Source of the DNA: Eledone cirrhosa
Taxonomy: Eukaryota
Reading direction: 5' to 3'
Length of the DNA stretch: 64,000 nt
Assembly: GCA_964016885.1 (NCBI GenBank)
Contig: OZ024743.1
Location: forward strand, 106,454,001-106,518,000
In this document: piece after piece, positions 1 to 12,084 of the stretch
How positions within the stretch are numbered: position 1 is the first letter of the stretch
Layout: each line of letters starts with the position of its first letter
Notes under the pieces: generated by a model
What the model was told of the DNA's origin: nothing
Databases searched by the model: none
Seen by the model: the letters and a program-made list of their open reading frames with translations, nothing else
Made by a program: the position numbers and the translations under genes

Positions 1-532
1 TAATTAGAGTGAACTCTATAAGAAGAATTTTTGCATTGCGCCATTAAGAGATATTAGTTATTAATATATTTTTAAAATTTTGTTTCATATTTTTTCTTTC
101 TTATTTTCTGATTAACACATTTTAAAAATATTTTAACGTGAAATTTCTAAATGCTAAAGTAGAAAAAAAAGTGTATGCGTAATATAATTGTATAGTGTTA
201 TGTCAAATATAGGTTGCATAGAACAATGCAACAAATGTTTGAAAAATATATACATCAACACATGATCCTAAGTTTGCATGCTTTAGCAATAATTATATAA
301 ATATGTATGCAGTAGCATTATTAAACTAGCTAAAAAAGTAAAACCTACGGCAAACGTGTACAATTATATCTCATCTTCATCGGCCAAGCACTGGGGTACG
401 ACAATTTCGTAAGCAAGGATAGCATTGCTTGATAGAACGCTCAAGCAGTGATTTCGCACAAGCTGCCGAAGTGAAAAATGCATATGAAGCATTTCATGAA
501 CATCGAGAGAGGCGAGGCGATTACATATATAA

Positions 533-660
533 ATAATTGTTTCTACTTTTGGCACAAGGCCAGCAATCACCCAGTACATACTGGTACTTTATTTTATCGA
601 CCCCGTAAGGATGAAAGGCAAAGTTAACAACCTCGACGGGATTTGAAGTCAGACCGGAAT
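533..660 (-). mobile_element. tRNA-derived SINE, 5'-truncated copy
   Basis: Contains the GGTACTTTATTTTATCGACCCCGTAAGGATGAAAGGCAAAGTTAAC core repeated about 10 times in this window. Confidence 0.85.
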
Positions 661-1557
661 GGGATCTATATAAATGATAATAAAAAATTGAATACGTCTT
701 GAATAAAACGAGATTTACCTGTTAAGATATACATGTTGTAGCGGCGAAAGGACTGAAATAACTTTTATATATGAATGTTTATGTGTGTGTGGGTTCATGC
801 ATTTATCTGTCTATGTGTGTATGGATATCTAGAAAATTTCATGTTTTCCATTCTAAATTATTTTTATATGAAGCTGACATATGCTGCTCAGAGAATATCG
901 TATTTTAGTAAATCTTCAATCACAACTATTTATATGAATTGTTTCTCTTTTTTATTCCGTCTTTCCACTGAACCATGTTCTTCACTCTCATAATCGTTAC
1001 CCATTATATTTAAAATATTAAAGGTAGATTACACATTCAAGCATTAAGAACGCAAAAAATCCAACATTACTATACACATCATAGAAAAATATCGACAAAT
1101 TGGAAAGAGATAAATATTGTCTGATTTAATATTTCACAAGGCATTTAAAGCGTGTTTCCTCTAATAGATATCGGATCAAATAATTTGAAGTATTATCTTT
1201 CCAATGCTGTTTTATTTCTTTTTAAAATATGTATATATTTGAACATTTACTTCAAAATGTTCAACCTTTTAAATGTAAGTGATTTCCATTTTTCTCACTT
1301 TCTGCATTATATCCCCACTTATAGCAATGAATGTGAGGGAAACACACTCTGAATGTTATATATATATGAATGGATATATATAAAATTCTAATTATATATA
1401 TATATATATATATATAACTGTGCAAATGAAAGCGAGAAATTATGTATACACATCTCTTCCTCTCCCTCTTTCCCCCTCTCTCTCTATCTCTCTATGTATA
1501 TATATATATATAAATATATATATGTGTGTGTGTATGTATGTATGTATGTATATATAC

Positions 1558-1621
<64 letters not shown>

Positions 1622-1786
1622 GCGTATATATATACAAATATATATATATATATATGCAAAAGTTCTATTTAAAATTGTTGGGATACAACAAGTAAATATT
1701 TTTATAACTTATATAAAGCACTCGACACATTTTTGGAGTAGATATACGATATTAATAAATGGAAACTATATTTATAAAACCATATT

Positions 1787-1851
1787 TATTTCATTATACA
1801 TATTTCAGGGATACCACATTAAATTATGGTATGCCTTCATCAGACATAATA
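1787..1851 (-). ncRNA. Minimal type I hammerhead ribozyme (PLE pLTR family 1)
   Basis: Reverse complement shows CTGATGA, stem II (AGGCATACCAT..GTGGTATCCCT), GAAA-T-ATGT-ATA, then the stem I partner. Confidence 0.7.
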
Positions 1852-4550
1852 CAATATATAACAGTTTTACAAATAGGTTTGACGTACCCTTTAAAATACA
1901 ACCATTACTTTTGGAGGCTGTCTGGATAGTGATTTGTTCATATAATAAGTCATAGTGTTAAGCACAATTAGAAAAAGACGGAGAGAAAGAAAGAGAAAAG
2001 AACAAAGACAGAGAGAGAGAAAGAAAAGAGAAAGAAAACCGGGAGAAGTATCGGAGAGAGAGAGAAAAGTATGGAGAAAAGAAAGAGATAGATAAAGATA
2101 GGATGAAATAAAAAAGAAAGAAAAGGAAGGAATAAGAAAAACAAAGGAATAAGAAAAACAAAGGAAAGCAACAGAGAGATATCAAGTCATCATACGGAAA
2201 GAGAAACTCAAGAGAGAGAAATACTATATAGAGAGAGGGGGACAGTGACAACTTTACGTCATGTCATATTAAGTTAAGTCAACAATTTATATAAAATGAA
2301 TAATAAAAATATAAGTATCAATATTCATGAATGGGACATAGATATATAATATGAGAAATTAAACATTGTTCAATAATGACCATATGTTTAGTTTAAAAAC
2401 TTGAGATCGATATACCAAAATCTGAGTTCAAAATGTACCCTTGGTATAGAGATTAGTATTTTATGCAAAGACATACAGATATATATGTATATATACATAC
2501 ATATAGATACGCACGTCCTGAAAATAGAAATTATGTTTACTCAAGCCAACAATATAGCCATACAAAACGTAAATGATTTCTCTTAATCACTGCTATACAC
2601 TCATTGTGTTATAAAAATTTCACAGTATATATATATACAAATATATACGATTAACAATCATGTCCTCATATATACGATTACCATTCATGTGTTTAATATT
2701 ATGCACATCTGCAACATACCTCTCAACCACATAGATATATACACACACATATATACACATACATATGTATAATAAATATTTGCGTGCGTCCTCATGCATC
2801 ACTCATGTATATATACAGATACATATACAAACACAAAAAATCTATAACACTTTCTATGCATGTTAATACACACATATGCATTTGTATAGAGATAATCCAA
2901 TATCAATAAATTACCAAAGGGTTATAATCTGTAAATATAACCATAACAATACAAATTTAAAATGCAACTATGTAGTCAAAAGAAATCTAGAAATATCAAA
3001 GCATTAACTATCATTAAAACACTATAGAGTATCTTAAGTTAAAATAATATGTTTTATATATTTAGTATAGAAATTTATCCTACGTATATCTCAATCAAGA
3101 TATTGAGAGGGTAGACTTGTGAAACAAATAAAAATAATTTAAATGATTTAAAAAATGTAAAAATCCAATGATTCTACAGATAACCTTATATTTAATATAG
3201 AAATTTACCTTACGTATATTTTATTTAATACATTGGAAGTATAGACATTTTAGAGTAGTTTATTATATCCATGTTTATATTTAGGAAGAAAGTTTAAAAA
3301 GAAAAAGGTGAAAGAATCTAATGGATTATCGACAGGTTCTATATATTAACTAAAATTACTTAATTAATTATACTACATTTTAAATTTATATTTATATGTA
3401 AACGTTGAGTTCAATCTATGTCTGCAGCAACTGAATAAATTGTTCCTCAGAATTTTTGGACTTTAATATAAAGAATATTTCTTCAATACAAAGATCGCAA
3501 TTTTCTGAAGAGGAATTAAAAGGAGTACCCTATGAGATAATATTCCAATTCATCGAATATTTAATATTATCTCGTTTTAGGTTCCATAGTAGGCTAGATA
3601 GCAAAGTTGAAGATTTTTGTTTTGATCTGTGAAAGAATTCTTATGATTATTGAAGCGAAATTTAAATTCTGTAGAGGTGGAACCAACATAGTTAAATGAA
3701 TTTAAATTAGTTTTAACATTACAATTGTACACTACATTTTTAGCTAAGCAGTTGTTACTTAACGGACAGTTAGATTTATTTCTACAGTTACAGTTATTTA
3801 ATTGAATATTGTTTGGGTTATTATTGGTATTTTGGTTAGGTTTTAAATTCCTATTATTAATTCTATTAATATTGTGTGCTAAGTTTTTGGTGGACGAAAA
3901 GTTAATTTTATAGTGTGTCTATTAAAAATTGAGTGATATTTATGTGTTCTAGGGAAACGTGTGTCAAGAGCTTTAAAGAATAGTTTAGCAATAGGGGTTT
4001 TAATATTTAGTGAGAAAGGGGGAGCAAACCATAATATGTTTCTAGTTCTATTTCTTTTTCGGCTTTTGGAATTATTGTAATGATTTTTATTATAGTTGTT
4101 AAAGTTGTTACCGTAATTGAAATTGTTATTATTTTGGTTAGTTTGCTTATTATTATTATTATCGATGTATTTCATTTTATTTCTATATCCAGCTCTAGCT
4201 AATGCTTCGTTGTAATACTGCGCTTTTTCATCAAATATATTTTTAATAGATGAAATTCTTGAAGTTCGTTCTTGAACAGAGTTCACTATAGTATTTTTAA
4301 TTTCCTCCTATCTTTATCTATCTCTTTCTTTTCTCCATACTTTTCTCTCTCTCTCCGATATTTCTCCAGGTTTTCTTTCTCTTTTCTTTCTCTCTCTCTC
4401 TGTCTTTGTTCTTTTCTCTTTCTTTCTCTCCGTCTTTTTCTAATTGTGCTTAACACTATGACTTATTATATGAACAAATCACTATCCAGACAGCCTCCAA
4501 AAGTATTTTAAAGGGTACGTCACACCTATTTGTAAAACTGTTATATATTG

Positions 4551-4615
4551 TATTTTGTCTGATGAAGGCATACCATAATTTAATGTGGTATCCCTGAAAT
4601 ATGTATAATGAAATA
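4551..4615 (+). ncRNA. Minimal type I hammerhead ribozyme (PLE pLTR family 1)
   Basis: TATTTTGT-CTGATGA-AGGCATACCATAATTTAATGTGGTATCCCT-GAAA-TATGTATA-ATGAAATA. Stem I is 8 bp including G-U pairs. Confidence 0.75.
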
Positions 4616-4655
4616 AATATGGTTTTATAAATATAGTTTCCATTTATTAATATCG

Positions 4656-4730
<75 letters not shown>

Positions 4731-4821
4731 ATAAATTGACGGTGCCATAGACTCTCGCTATGGTTTTTCCCTGTTTTATTGATAGCGCACTGTATCTCTC
4801 TCTAGAGTGTTACCTTTTGAA

Positions 4822-4937
<116 letters not shown>

Positions 4938-4973
4938 TTTACGAAACGGAAATGCGGGTATATAGAATTTATT

Positions 4974-5090
4974 AGGTAACGATTGTTTCTATAGTGTATG
5001 AGTTACCTATACCTCGCTATTTGAATAATACACAAATATTATCAAAAACCGAAAGTACACTGTAAGCCAACACATCATGTCATCAGACCT
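4974..5090 (-). ncRNA. Type I hammerhead motif with long stem II insert, downstream of a PLE GIY-YIG remnant
   Basis: Reverse complement: AGGT-CTGATGA-...-GAAACAATCGTT-ACCT. Stem II is imperfect. Confidence 0.55.
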
Positions 5091-5500
5091 TTGTATTAGA
5101 ATGATATGAAAATATTTTATACACTAGATAAAAGATAAAGAGGGAGGTAGGAAGAGAAGGGGAATAGGGAAGTGAGTAAGGTGGGGGGAGTCTTAGGGTT
5201 TAAGACTGTCAGACTAGTAGAGATTGTGAAGAGAGAATGTTTTGGCAGCAGTTAGCTTAATGAGGCGTGCTAAGGTTCGCTGGGAAGTAGATACTTCTGG
5301 TGGTGTTGTTCGGACAAAATTTAGTTAGAGGGGTCAAAGTGGTACAATGTCACAGACAAGTTATTAGGGCTATTATAGTAGCAGGTTATTTCTAAAGGGG
5401 TCCAGAAAAACAGTGTTTAGTACTATTATTATAGAAAGCCATATCTAGTGTATAAACATATAAGACAGAAATTTGCAAACGTTGGTGTAAAAAGGTAACA

Positions 5501-6283
5501 TTATATGCATTTAAAAAAAGAAAAAGTCGTTTTCAAACGATGGTTACAGTATAGAGAACGTTCAACTTTGCTGTTCAAAAGTTTGTTTACCGACGTTAAA
5601 ATGCAGTATATCTCTAAATTGCATAACTTGCAGAATCGATGATTTTGCTGATATGCAGGCGCAGTTGGAATAATTTGCCAATCAAGGGAAAACGCTTGAT
5701 TGTTCCTCCGAAGCTGCCAGGCTTTATCGGCGAGGGTTGTTACGGAGCGCATTTTCTCGTGCCTGATCGAAGATCGATGTTGGTATAGGCGAGCCTTGAA
5801 AGAAGTTGCGGTACATCCGACGTAATACCATTTGTTGGACCCGGAATTTATTGTACACCGGTAGACAATATTGCGTGCTAGGCTAGAGAGTACATATGGT
5901 ATAACCCCGTGTACAATTCTTCTATTAGCACTAACATTATCTCACAATTCTACACACTAATCAATAAACACTCTACAACTTCACATAAATACTATAACAT
6001 CTTTAACTCGCGCACCATTAGACTCTCATACTCCACTGCACCTAACATAGAACAACTAATTAGAAAACTCAACTCAGCAATACTGAATAAGTACATCCCT
6101 AATGACTCAGCGCACCAGCATAGCAACATGCAACGCACTAACACGCAACCACAACCCCACCAAACTATCCAGGATTCTACTGCAAAACATAAAAATAGTT
6201 GTAACTGCACCAAACCAGTTACGTGCCCACTGAATAACCAGTGCCTAGCACGCAATATTGTCTACCGGTGTACAATAAATTCC
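5501..6283. mobile_element. Rearranged Penelope-like element fragment: GIY-YIG C-terminus on minus (5501-5883) and linker/GIY-YIG start on plus (5890-6283)
   Basis: Plus: NIFNSRTIRLSYSTAPNIEQLI...CNCTKPVTCPLNNQCLARNIVYRC. Minus: WYYVGCTATSFKARLYQHRSS...CKLCNLEIYCI. A 41-bp exact inverted repeat lies at 5843-5883 / 6243-6283. Confidence 0.8.
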
Positions 6284-6600
6284 ACCACTGCTTCGGTATC
6301 GACATCACCACCACCACTGTCTCAGTATCGATACCGTCGCTACTGTCTCCCACATCTCCCCGCCGCCAACACTCCTTCAATTCTACCACCACTATTCCCC
6401 TGTTAACTTGAGAGAGCAAGGGGAAGGTGGCGGTATCACTAGACAAGGGAGAGGCTAGCAAAAGATATAAATAGATTGACTTAGTGACCTGGCCACATCA
6501 ACAATTATGGGACTGCTGGCTCACCCCTTCCTCACCAACAATATAAAAAGCCCCGGCACCACCACCGACATAGCCAACAACAATAACAGCCAACCACAAC
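6284..6600 (+). repeat. Fragment of repeat family X (C/A-rich, homologous to ~11706-11850)
   Basis: CCACCACTGCYTCGGTATCGACATCACCACCACCACTGTCTCAGTATCG is shared with ~11706-11755. Confidence 0.65.
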
Positions 6601-6620
6601 AAAAAGTATATTATATTATT

Positions 6621-6677
6621 GTAATGCACTGGGTGATTGCTGGCCTTGTGCCTGGAGTGGAGACAGTTAATAATAAT
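6621..6677 (+). mobile_element. SINE 3'-end fragment
   Basis: GTAATGCACTGGGTGATTGCTGGCCTTGTGCC matches the SINE 3' region in sense orientation. Confidence 0.6.
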
Positions 6678-7511
6678 TTCATTCTTAAGCCACGCAATGC
6701 TCACATTAAGGAACCACTCATGATAATAACAATTTAAAAAAACAACAAAATGAAAACCCCGCGACCAAGAAATACCGGGATGGCGGCCGGCGGGGAATAG
6801 CCGTGTCTCTAGGGGATAACGACCCCTCTAGTCTTGGTTGACACTCGTTCTAGAAGTGGTAACACGAAATGATTACCCCTTGGCGGATAAGGATAAAACG
6901 CGACAAAATAAAGTAAATGTCTAATGATAAAATCTCATACCGGATCGGCCGTCACCCGAGTAAAAAAGGACCGCGTCCCTCAGAGAGGAACCAGACTGGG
7001 TCGAAAAATCAGCTAATGTTTCAAACCTTCCCATCACTTCGGAGCTGGAGACCTCCCATAACCGGCATACTCCTACTGTTGGCCCTCCATGCTCACCACC
7101 AAGAAATCCAAAGAAAAAGAGAGAAAAATGGTCAAGGGAAGATAATAAAGAAGTCCTTGAGGCATTCTACACTGCCATGTACTACCCATCAAATACATCG
7201 AATACAGAACAGACATATATCAACTGGAAAAAGAAACATCCGGAAAACAGAGGCTATATTGACAGCAACAAACTAGCCAATATACGAAGAAATATTGTAA
7301 GAAAAAAGTTACTAACTGATATAGAAATAGATCAGATCAAGCTATTAGCACAAAGTCAGCGAGGGGAAAATGAAACATGTGTCAGTGAAAACGAGGTAAA
7401 CGGTAACACTTCGAATCCCAGGGTTGGGGCGGAATCACTGGCAACAGAAAAAATTAAAGAAAGGATCGAAAAAGTGGAGGGAGTGCATGCTCAGGATGAA
7501 ACTCCAAATGA

Positions 7512-7689
7512 AAATAATTGTTTCTACTTTTGGCACTAGGCCAGCAATTTCCCAGTGTATTACTGGTACTTTATTTTATCGACCCCGTAAGGATGAAAGG
7601 CAAAGTTAACCTCGGCGGGATTTGAACTCAGAATGGCAAGGGTCGTAACTCTATGCGTCAAAGCATGGCGTCCGACCCTCTACCGATAC
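7512..7689 (-). mobile_element. SINE inserted in the family A ORF
   Basis: SINE core with B-box (reverse complement GAGTTCAAATCC). Comparison with the homologous family A fragment at 24400-24670 shows about 65 bp of LINE sequence missing at this site. Confidence 0.9.
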
Positions 7690-8038
7690 TGATCGAATGG
7701 ATGAAAATGAAAGAATCTGACATGGGGCAACCAGACACCCTCCCTAAGATCCAGAACTCCAAACAGAACCAAAAGATAATACACAAGACTAACATAATTC
7801 TCAAAAACATTATCATCACAAACAAACTAAACATTACTGATTTAAATCATCTCTATTATGCATCGGCTAAAGTCACCACTCACTTATGTGGAGTGAAGAT
7901 GAATAAACAAAGGAATTCCCACAAGAAATCTACTTGGCAAGAGAACATCAATCGCCAAATAAACCTTCTCCGATCTGACATAGAAATTTTAACAAACTAT
8001 AAATAGGTGAAAATGTTAAACAAACTAAACTTAGAAAA

Positions 8039-10144
8039 TTGAAAAAAAAGTACAGTATAAAATCAACATGTGACATAGACATGCTGATAGAAATAATCAA
8101 GCAAAAAGTGTCGGCCAAAGCTGCTCGTATAAGGCGCTTTGAAAAACGATCTAGATTCTATAAGGACAATAATATGTTCAAAAACAACCAAAGAAACTTC
8201 TACAGAAAAATTGGTAAGTCAACAATAACTGCTAAATCAATACCACCCAAGGAGGAAGTGCAAGAATTCTGGGAAAAGATCTGGGCCGAAGAAAAAGTTC
8301 ATAACATACATGCCCCATGGATAGACAGACAAATGAAAGATACAGCTCAACTTGAGGAACAAACATGGGAAAATATAACAGTTGAACAGTTGCGCTTGGC
8401 TCTAAGAAAAACCAGCAAATGGAAATCCCCAGGAAAAGACAAAATACAAAACTTTTGGATAAATGCCTTCGCAGAGTCTCATGAGCTGTTAGCCCAACTT
8501 AACAATGAAATAGTTAAGGAGCCAGAAAAGATACCTTCATGGCTAGTTAACGGCATTACATTCCTGCTTCCGAAGAATGATGAGACAAACAATCCCAAAA
8601 ATTACAGACCGATAACTTGCTTGACCACAATGTATAAAATGTTAACATCAGTCCTAACTGAATACACATATGACCACCTGATAACAAATGACCTATTTCC
8701 CATTGAGCAGAAAGGGTGTAAACGAGGCTCATATGGCTGTAAGGATCAGCTTCTGGTTAACAAAATGATACTGGAAGATTGTCATAATAGACACAAAAAT
8801 CTATCGATTGCTTGGATAGATTATAAAAAAGCATTTGATAGTTTGCCACACAGTTGGATTGAAAAATGTTTAGAGATTTTCAAAGTATCCCCCGTTGTCA
8901 GGAGGTTTTTGTCATTCAGTATGAAGACATGGAAAACGACACTCCTTTTGAATAGTGAAACAAAATCACTGGAAGCTGGAGAAGTTAATATTAAGTGTGG
9001 AATTTTTCAGGGTGACTCTTTATCACCACTTTTATTCTGCATCGCACTTATACCATTAAGTAAAATGCTCAATGAAACAAAACATGGATATAAAGTCTAT
9101 GACAAAACCATTAATCACCTGTTCAACATGGATGACCTGAAACTATTTGCAAAAAATGATGAACAATTGCAAGGGCTATTATCCACTGTGAAGCAGTTCA
9201 GTGATGACATTAAAATGGAGTTTGGACTAGATAAATGCGCCAAAGCAACGTTCACCAGAGGAAATTTGCTGAAGAGTTCAGACATTAATCTTGATCGGGG
9301 GAACGTGATAAGAGAACTTGATCAAGAAAAAACTTCCAAATATCTAGGTGTTTGTGAAGGAGACGGAATCAAGCACTCGACAATGAGGGAAAGGATAAGG
9401 AAGGAATGTTACCGCAGAGTGAGAGCAATCTTAAAAACGGAATTGAATGCAAGGAATAGGATCGATGCCATAAACACGCTTGCCATACCAGTAATAACCT
9501 ACAGTTACAATGTCATCAACTGGTCAAGCACAGAGATCCGTAGGCTCGATACAAAAATTCGAAAATTCTTAACCATGCACAGAATGCATCACCCTAAAGC
9601 AGATATAGATAGAATATATCTCCCTAGGAAAGAAGGAGGACGTGGGTTAATCCAGTTAGACATTGCGTTGAAAACTGCAACAATTGGATTATCTACATAT
9701 CTAAGGGAATCACATGATTGGATGATCAAACTCGTTTTGAAATACGAAAGCATCAAAAGATCATATTCCATTACAAAAGATGCACAAAGATACAGTAATG
9801 GACTACAAATTTCAGAAGTCCCATTTACTGCTGAAATGGAAAACACAGAAAAAGCAAAGCAGGTAAAAGTATCTGCAAAGAAAGAACTGCTACAGAAACT
9901 GGCTATGAAATGGCAAGAAAAGCCTCTGTATGGAAAATACCCAGAGCGAGCTAACAATCCTGATGTTGACACAACTTTAATCCATCAGTGGTTGGCATCC
10001 TCTGGACTGAAATCGGAGACTGAAGGACTGATTATATCAGCACAAGATCAGTGTCTGCCGACAAAAAATTACCAAGCCAACATAATAAAAAAATGGATGC
10101 AGCCCATTATGCCGTGTATGCAAAAAACAAACAGAGACCATTGA
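8039..10144 (+). pseudogene. Reverse transcriptase portion of the family A ORF (continues out of frame at 10158-10676 as the RLE endonuclease)
   Basis: 701-aa ORF with non-LTR RT motifs. One extra A in the run at ~10087-10093 breaks the frame before the CCHC finger. Confidence 0.9.
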
Positions 10145-10819
10145 CCATATAATTTCAATGTGCAGTCCTATAGCTCCAACCGAATACCTAAACAGGCATG
10201 ACAGAGCTGCACAATACATACATTGGATAATGTGTAAGAATTTTGACCAGCCCCATCAAAACAATTGGTGGGAGCATCAACCACCTCCCATACTTGAAAA
10301 AGATCACATCTCACTCTTGTGGAACTTTAGCATCCAAACAGACCGAAAAATAGATGCAAATAGACCTGATATAATATTGAAGGACTTTAAAAAGAGGGTA
10401 TGCCTGCTAATTGATATGTCTGTTCCAATAGACAAGGATGTATCTATAAAAGCATTTGAAAAATTGAGCAAGTATAAGGACCTGGAGATAGAAATTGGAA
10501 AAATGTGGAAATTGAGAACTAAAACAATACCAGTGGTTGTAGGCGCTCTGAGAATGATACCTAAGGAGTCTAATGATTACATATAGCAAATTCCAGGAAA
10601 CCCGCGTATAGGAGAAATACAAAAGATAGTACTAATGGGAACTGCCCATATACTAAGGAAGATTCTGTCAATATAAGTACATCACAAGTCTAAACACTAA
10701 AGATGCATGTGTGAATATGTATGTTCTTTCTTGAACATAGCGGACCTTGTTGTCTCTTGAGGTCACTGGTTGTGACTTGGTGATAACTCGTATGAACATA
10801 AAGCAAGATAAATGCAACT

Positions 10820-10877
<58 letters not shown>

Positions 10878-10878
<1 letters not shown>

Positions 10879-11850
10879 GGGAAGAAGACGCACGAGGTGA
10901 CGGAGGTCATGAAATCGCTCCCGTAAGTTTTGAATTTTTAACATATTTAAATCATTTGTGAAATAACAACTCTTAGTACAAATGCTACGTAAAGCACCCG
11001 GCTTGAGCCCCAAAAAAATTCGGACCCAAAATATATTGTTATAAGGCTCAAATATTCAAATATTCAACTTTGTATTGTACACTGTATATCCCAAAAAAAA
11101 AATGGCTATAAATGGAAGAAGAAGAACCCCCCCCCCTCCTCTCCTCTGGCTACACTATATAGGACAGCGAAACTCACCAACACCAGAAACTAGATACACC
11201 ACCCACCCCATCATCTGTGTACACTAAACACAACAGCATTTTCACCTTCACCGCCACCGCTCACTACGGCCATCATTACCACCACTATCCCATCACCGCC
11301 GCCACCACCCCTTGACTCCTTCACTGCTGCTGCCACCGCTACAGCACCATCACTACAGTAATACGGCTCAAATATTCAAATATTCAACTTTGTATTGTAC
11401 ACTGTATATCCAAAAAAAAAAATAAAATGGCTATAAATGGAAGAAGAAGAACCCCCCCCCCCCCTCCTCTCCTCTGGCTACACTATATAGGACAGCGAAA
11501 CTCACCAACACCAGAAACTAGATACACCACCCACCCCATCATCTGTGTACACTAAACACAACAGCATTTTCACCTTCACCGCCACCGCTCACTACGGCCA
11601 TCATTACCACCACTATCCCATCACCGCCGCCACCACCCCTTGACTCCTTCACTGCTGCTGCCACCACTACAGCACCATCACTACAGTAATACGGTCGCAT
11701 CACCGCCACCACTGCCTCGGTATCGACATCACCACCACCACTGTCTCAGTATCGCCAACGCCGCCAGTCTCTGCTGGCTACCACTTCCACATTATAGAAT
11801 TCCTACTACTAACAAAGAGGAAGGCATCAAAATATATAGATAGACTCAAA
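10878..11850 (+). mobile_element. Family X: probable 5' UTR and low-complexity ORF1 start of an L1/Tx1-like element, with a ~320-bp tandem duplication (11045-11362 / 11365-11690)
   Basis: Starts GGGAAGAAGACGCACG, resembling the AGACGT 5' motif of the two Tx1-like elements here. An AT-rich UTR leads to ATGGAAGAAGAAGAACCCCCC and CAC-rich sequence. The duplication is directly visible; the family assignment is inference. Confidence 0.45.
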
Positions 11851-12084
11851 AGAAAAAAGAAAAAACAAACAACAAAAGCAGCACAGCAACAACAGTAAAA
11901 AACGAGAAAAACAGAGAAAAACAAAAACAAAAAAAGAAACCCCAAAAACGTAAAGAAAATAAGAATGAAGAGAGAAGCAGGCGGACGGACAGAGAAGAGG
12001 GGGGGAAAAGTAAAACTTAAAAAACAAAAACTAAGTCAGACATTCGAATACTACATTACAATGAAACTTATGCTTATTCATTTT

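Larger units (their letters stand above)
1690..4655 (-). mobile_element. Degenerate Penelope-like element: 3' pseudo-LTR (~1690-2330), ORF remnant (~3420-4286), inverted 5' pseudo-LTR (~4290-4655)
   Basis: Minus-strand remnant reads RISSIKNIFDEKAQYYNEALARAGY...RNILWFAPPFSLNIKT...CNCRNKSNCPLSNNCLAKNVVYNC...YVGSTSTEFKFRF (RT thumb, Cys linker, GIY-YIG). 4293-4655 is an inverted copy of ~1745-2105, and both carry a hammerhead motif. Confidence 0.75.
6745..10877 (+). mobile_element. RLE non-LTR retrotransposon family A (R4/Dong-like), near full length, inactivated
   Basis: Myb-like N-terminus (KWSREDNKEVLEAFY...LANIRRNI), RT motifs (KSPGKD, NYRPITCL, WIDYKKAFDS, GIFQGDSLSPLLF, HLFNMDDLKLF), CCHC finger (CRVC..ETIDHIISMC), RLE (RHD, NRPDI..D, KYKDL) and a (TAA)n tail at 10821-10877. 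It has frameshifts near 8003 and 10090, a SINE insertion and a premature stop at 10584. Confidence 0.93.

Noticed and set aside
10085-10095. Programmed frameshift between RT and RLE in family A
   Set aside because: It is a single-base change in an A run within a copy that has other lesions; family B encodes the same region in one frame.
10879-10901. GGGAAGAAGACGCACGAGGTGAC resembles 28S rDNA GGGGAAAGAAGACCCTGTTGAGCTTGAC near the R1/R2/R4 target region
   Set aside because: The match is short and gapped, is weaker in the second copy (GGGAAGTAGACG), and no other rDNA sequence is present.
11045-11690. CRISPR-like or other repeat-spacer array
   Set aside because: It is a simple two-unit tandem duplication. 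I saw no repeat-spacer array anywhere in the window.
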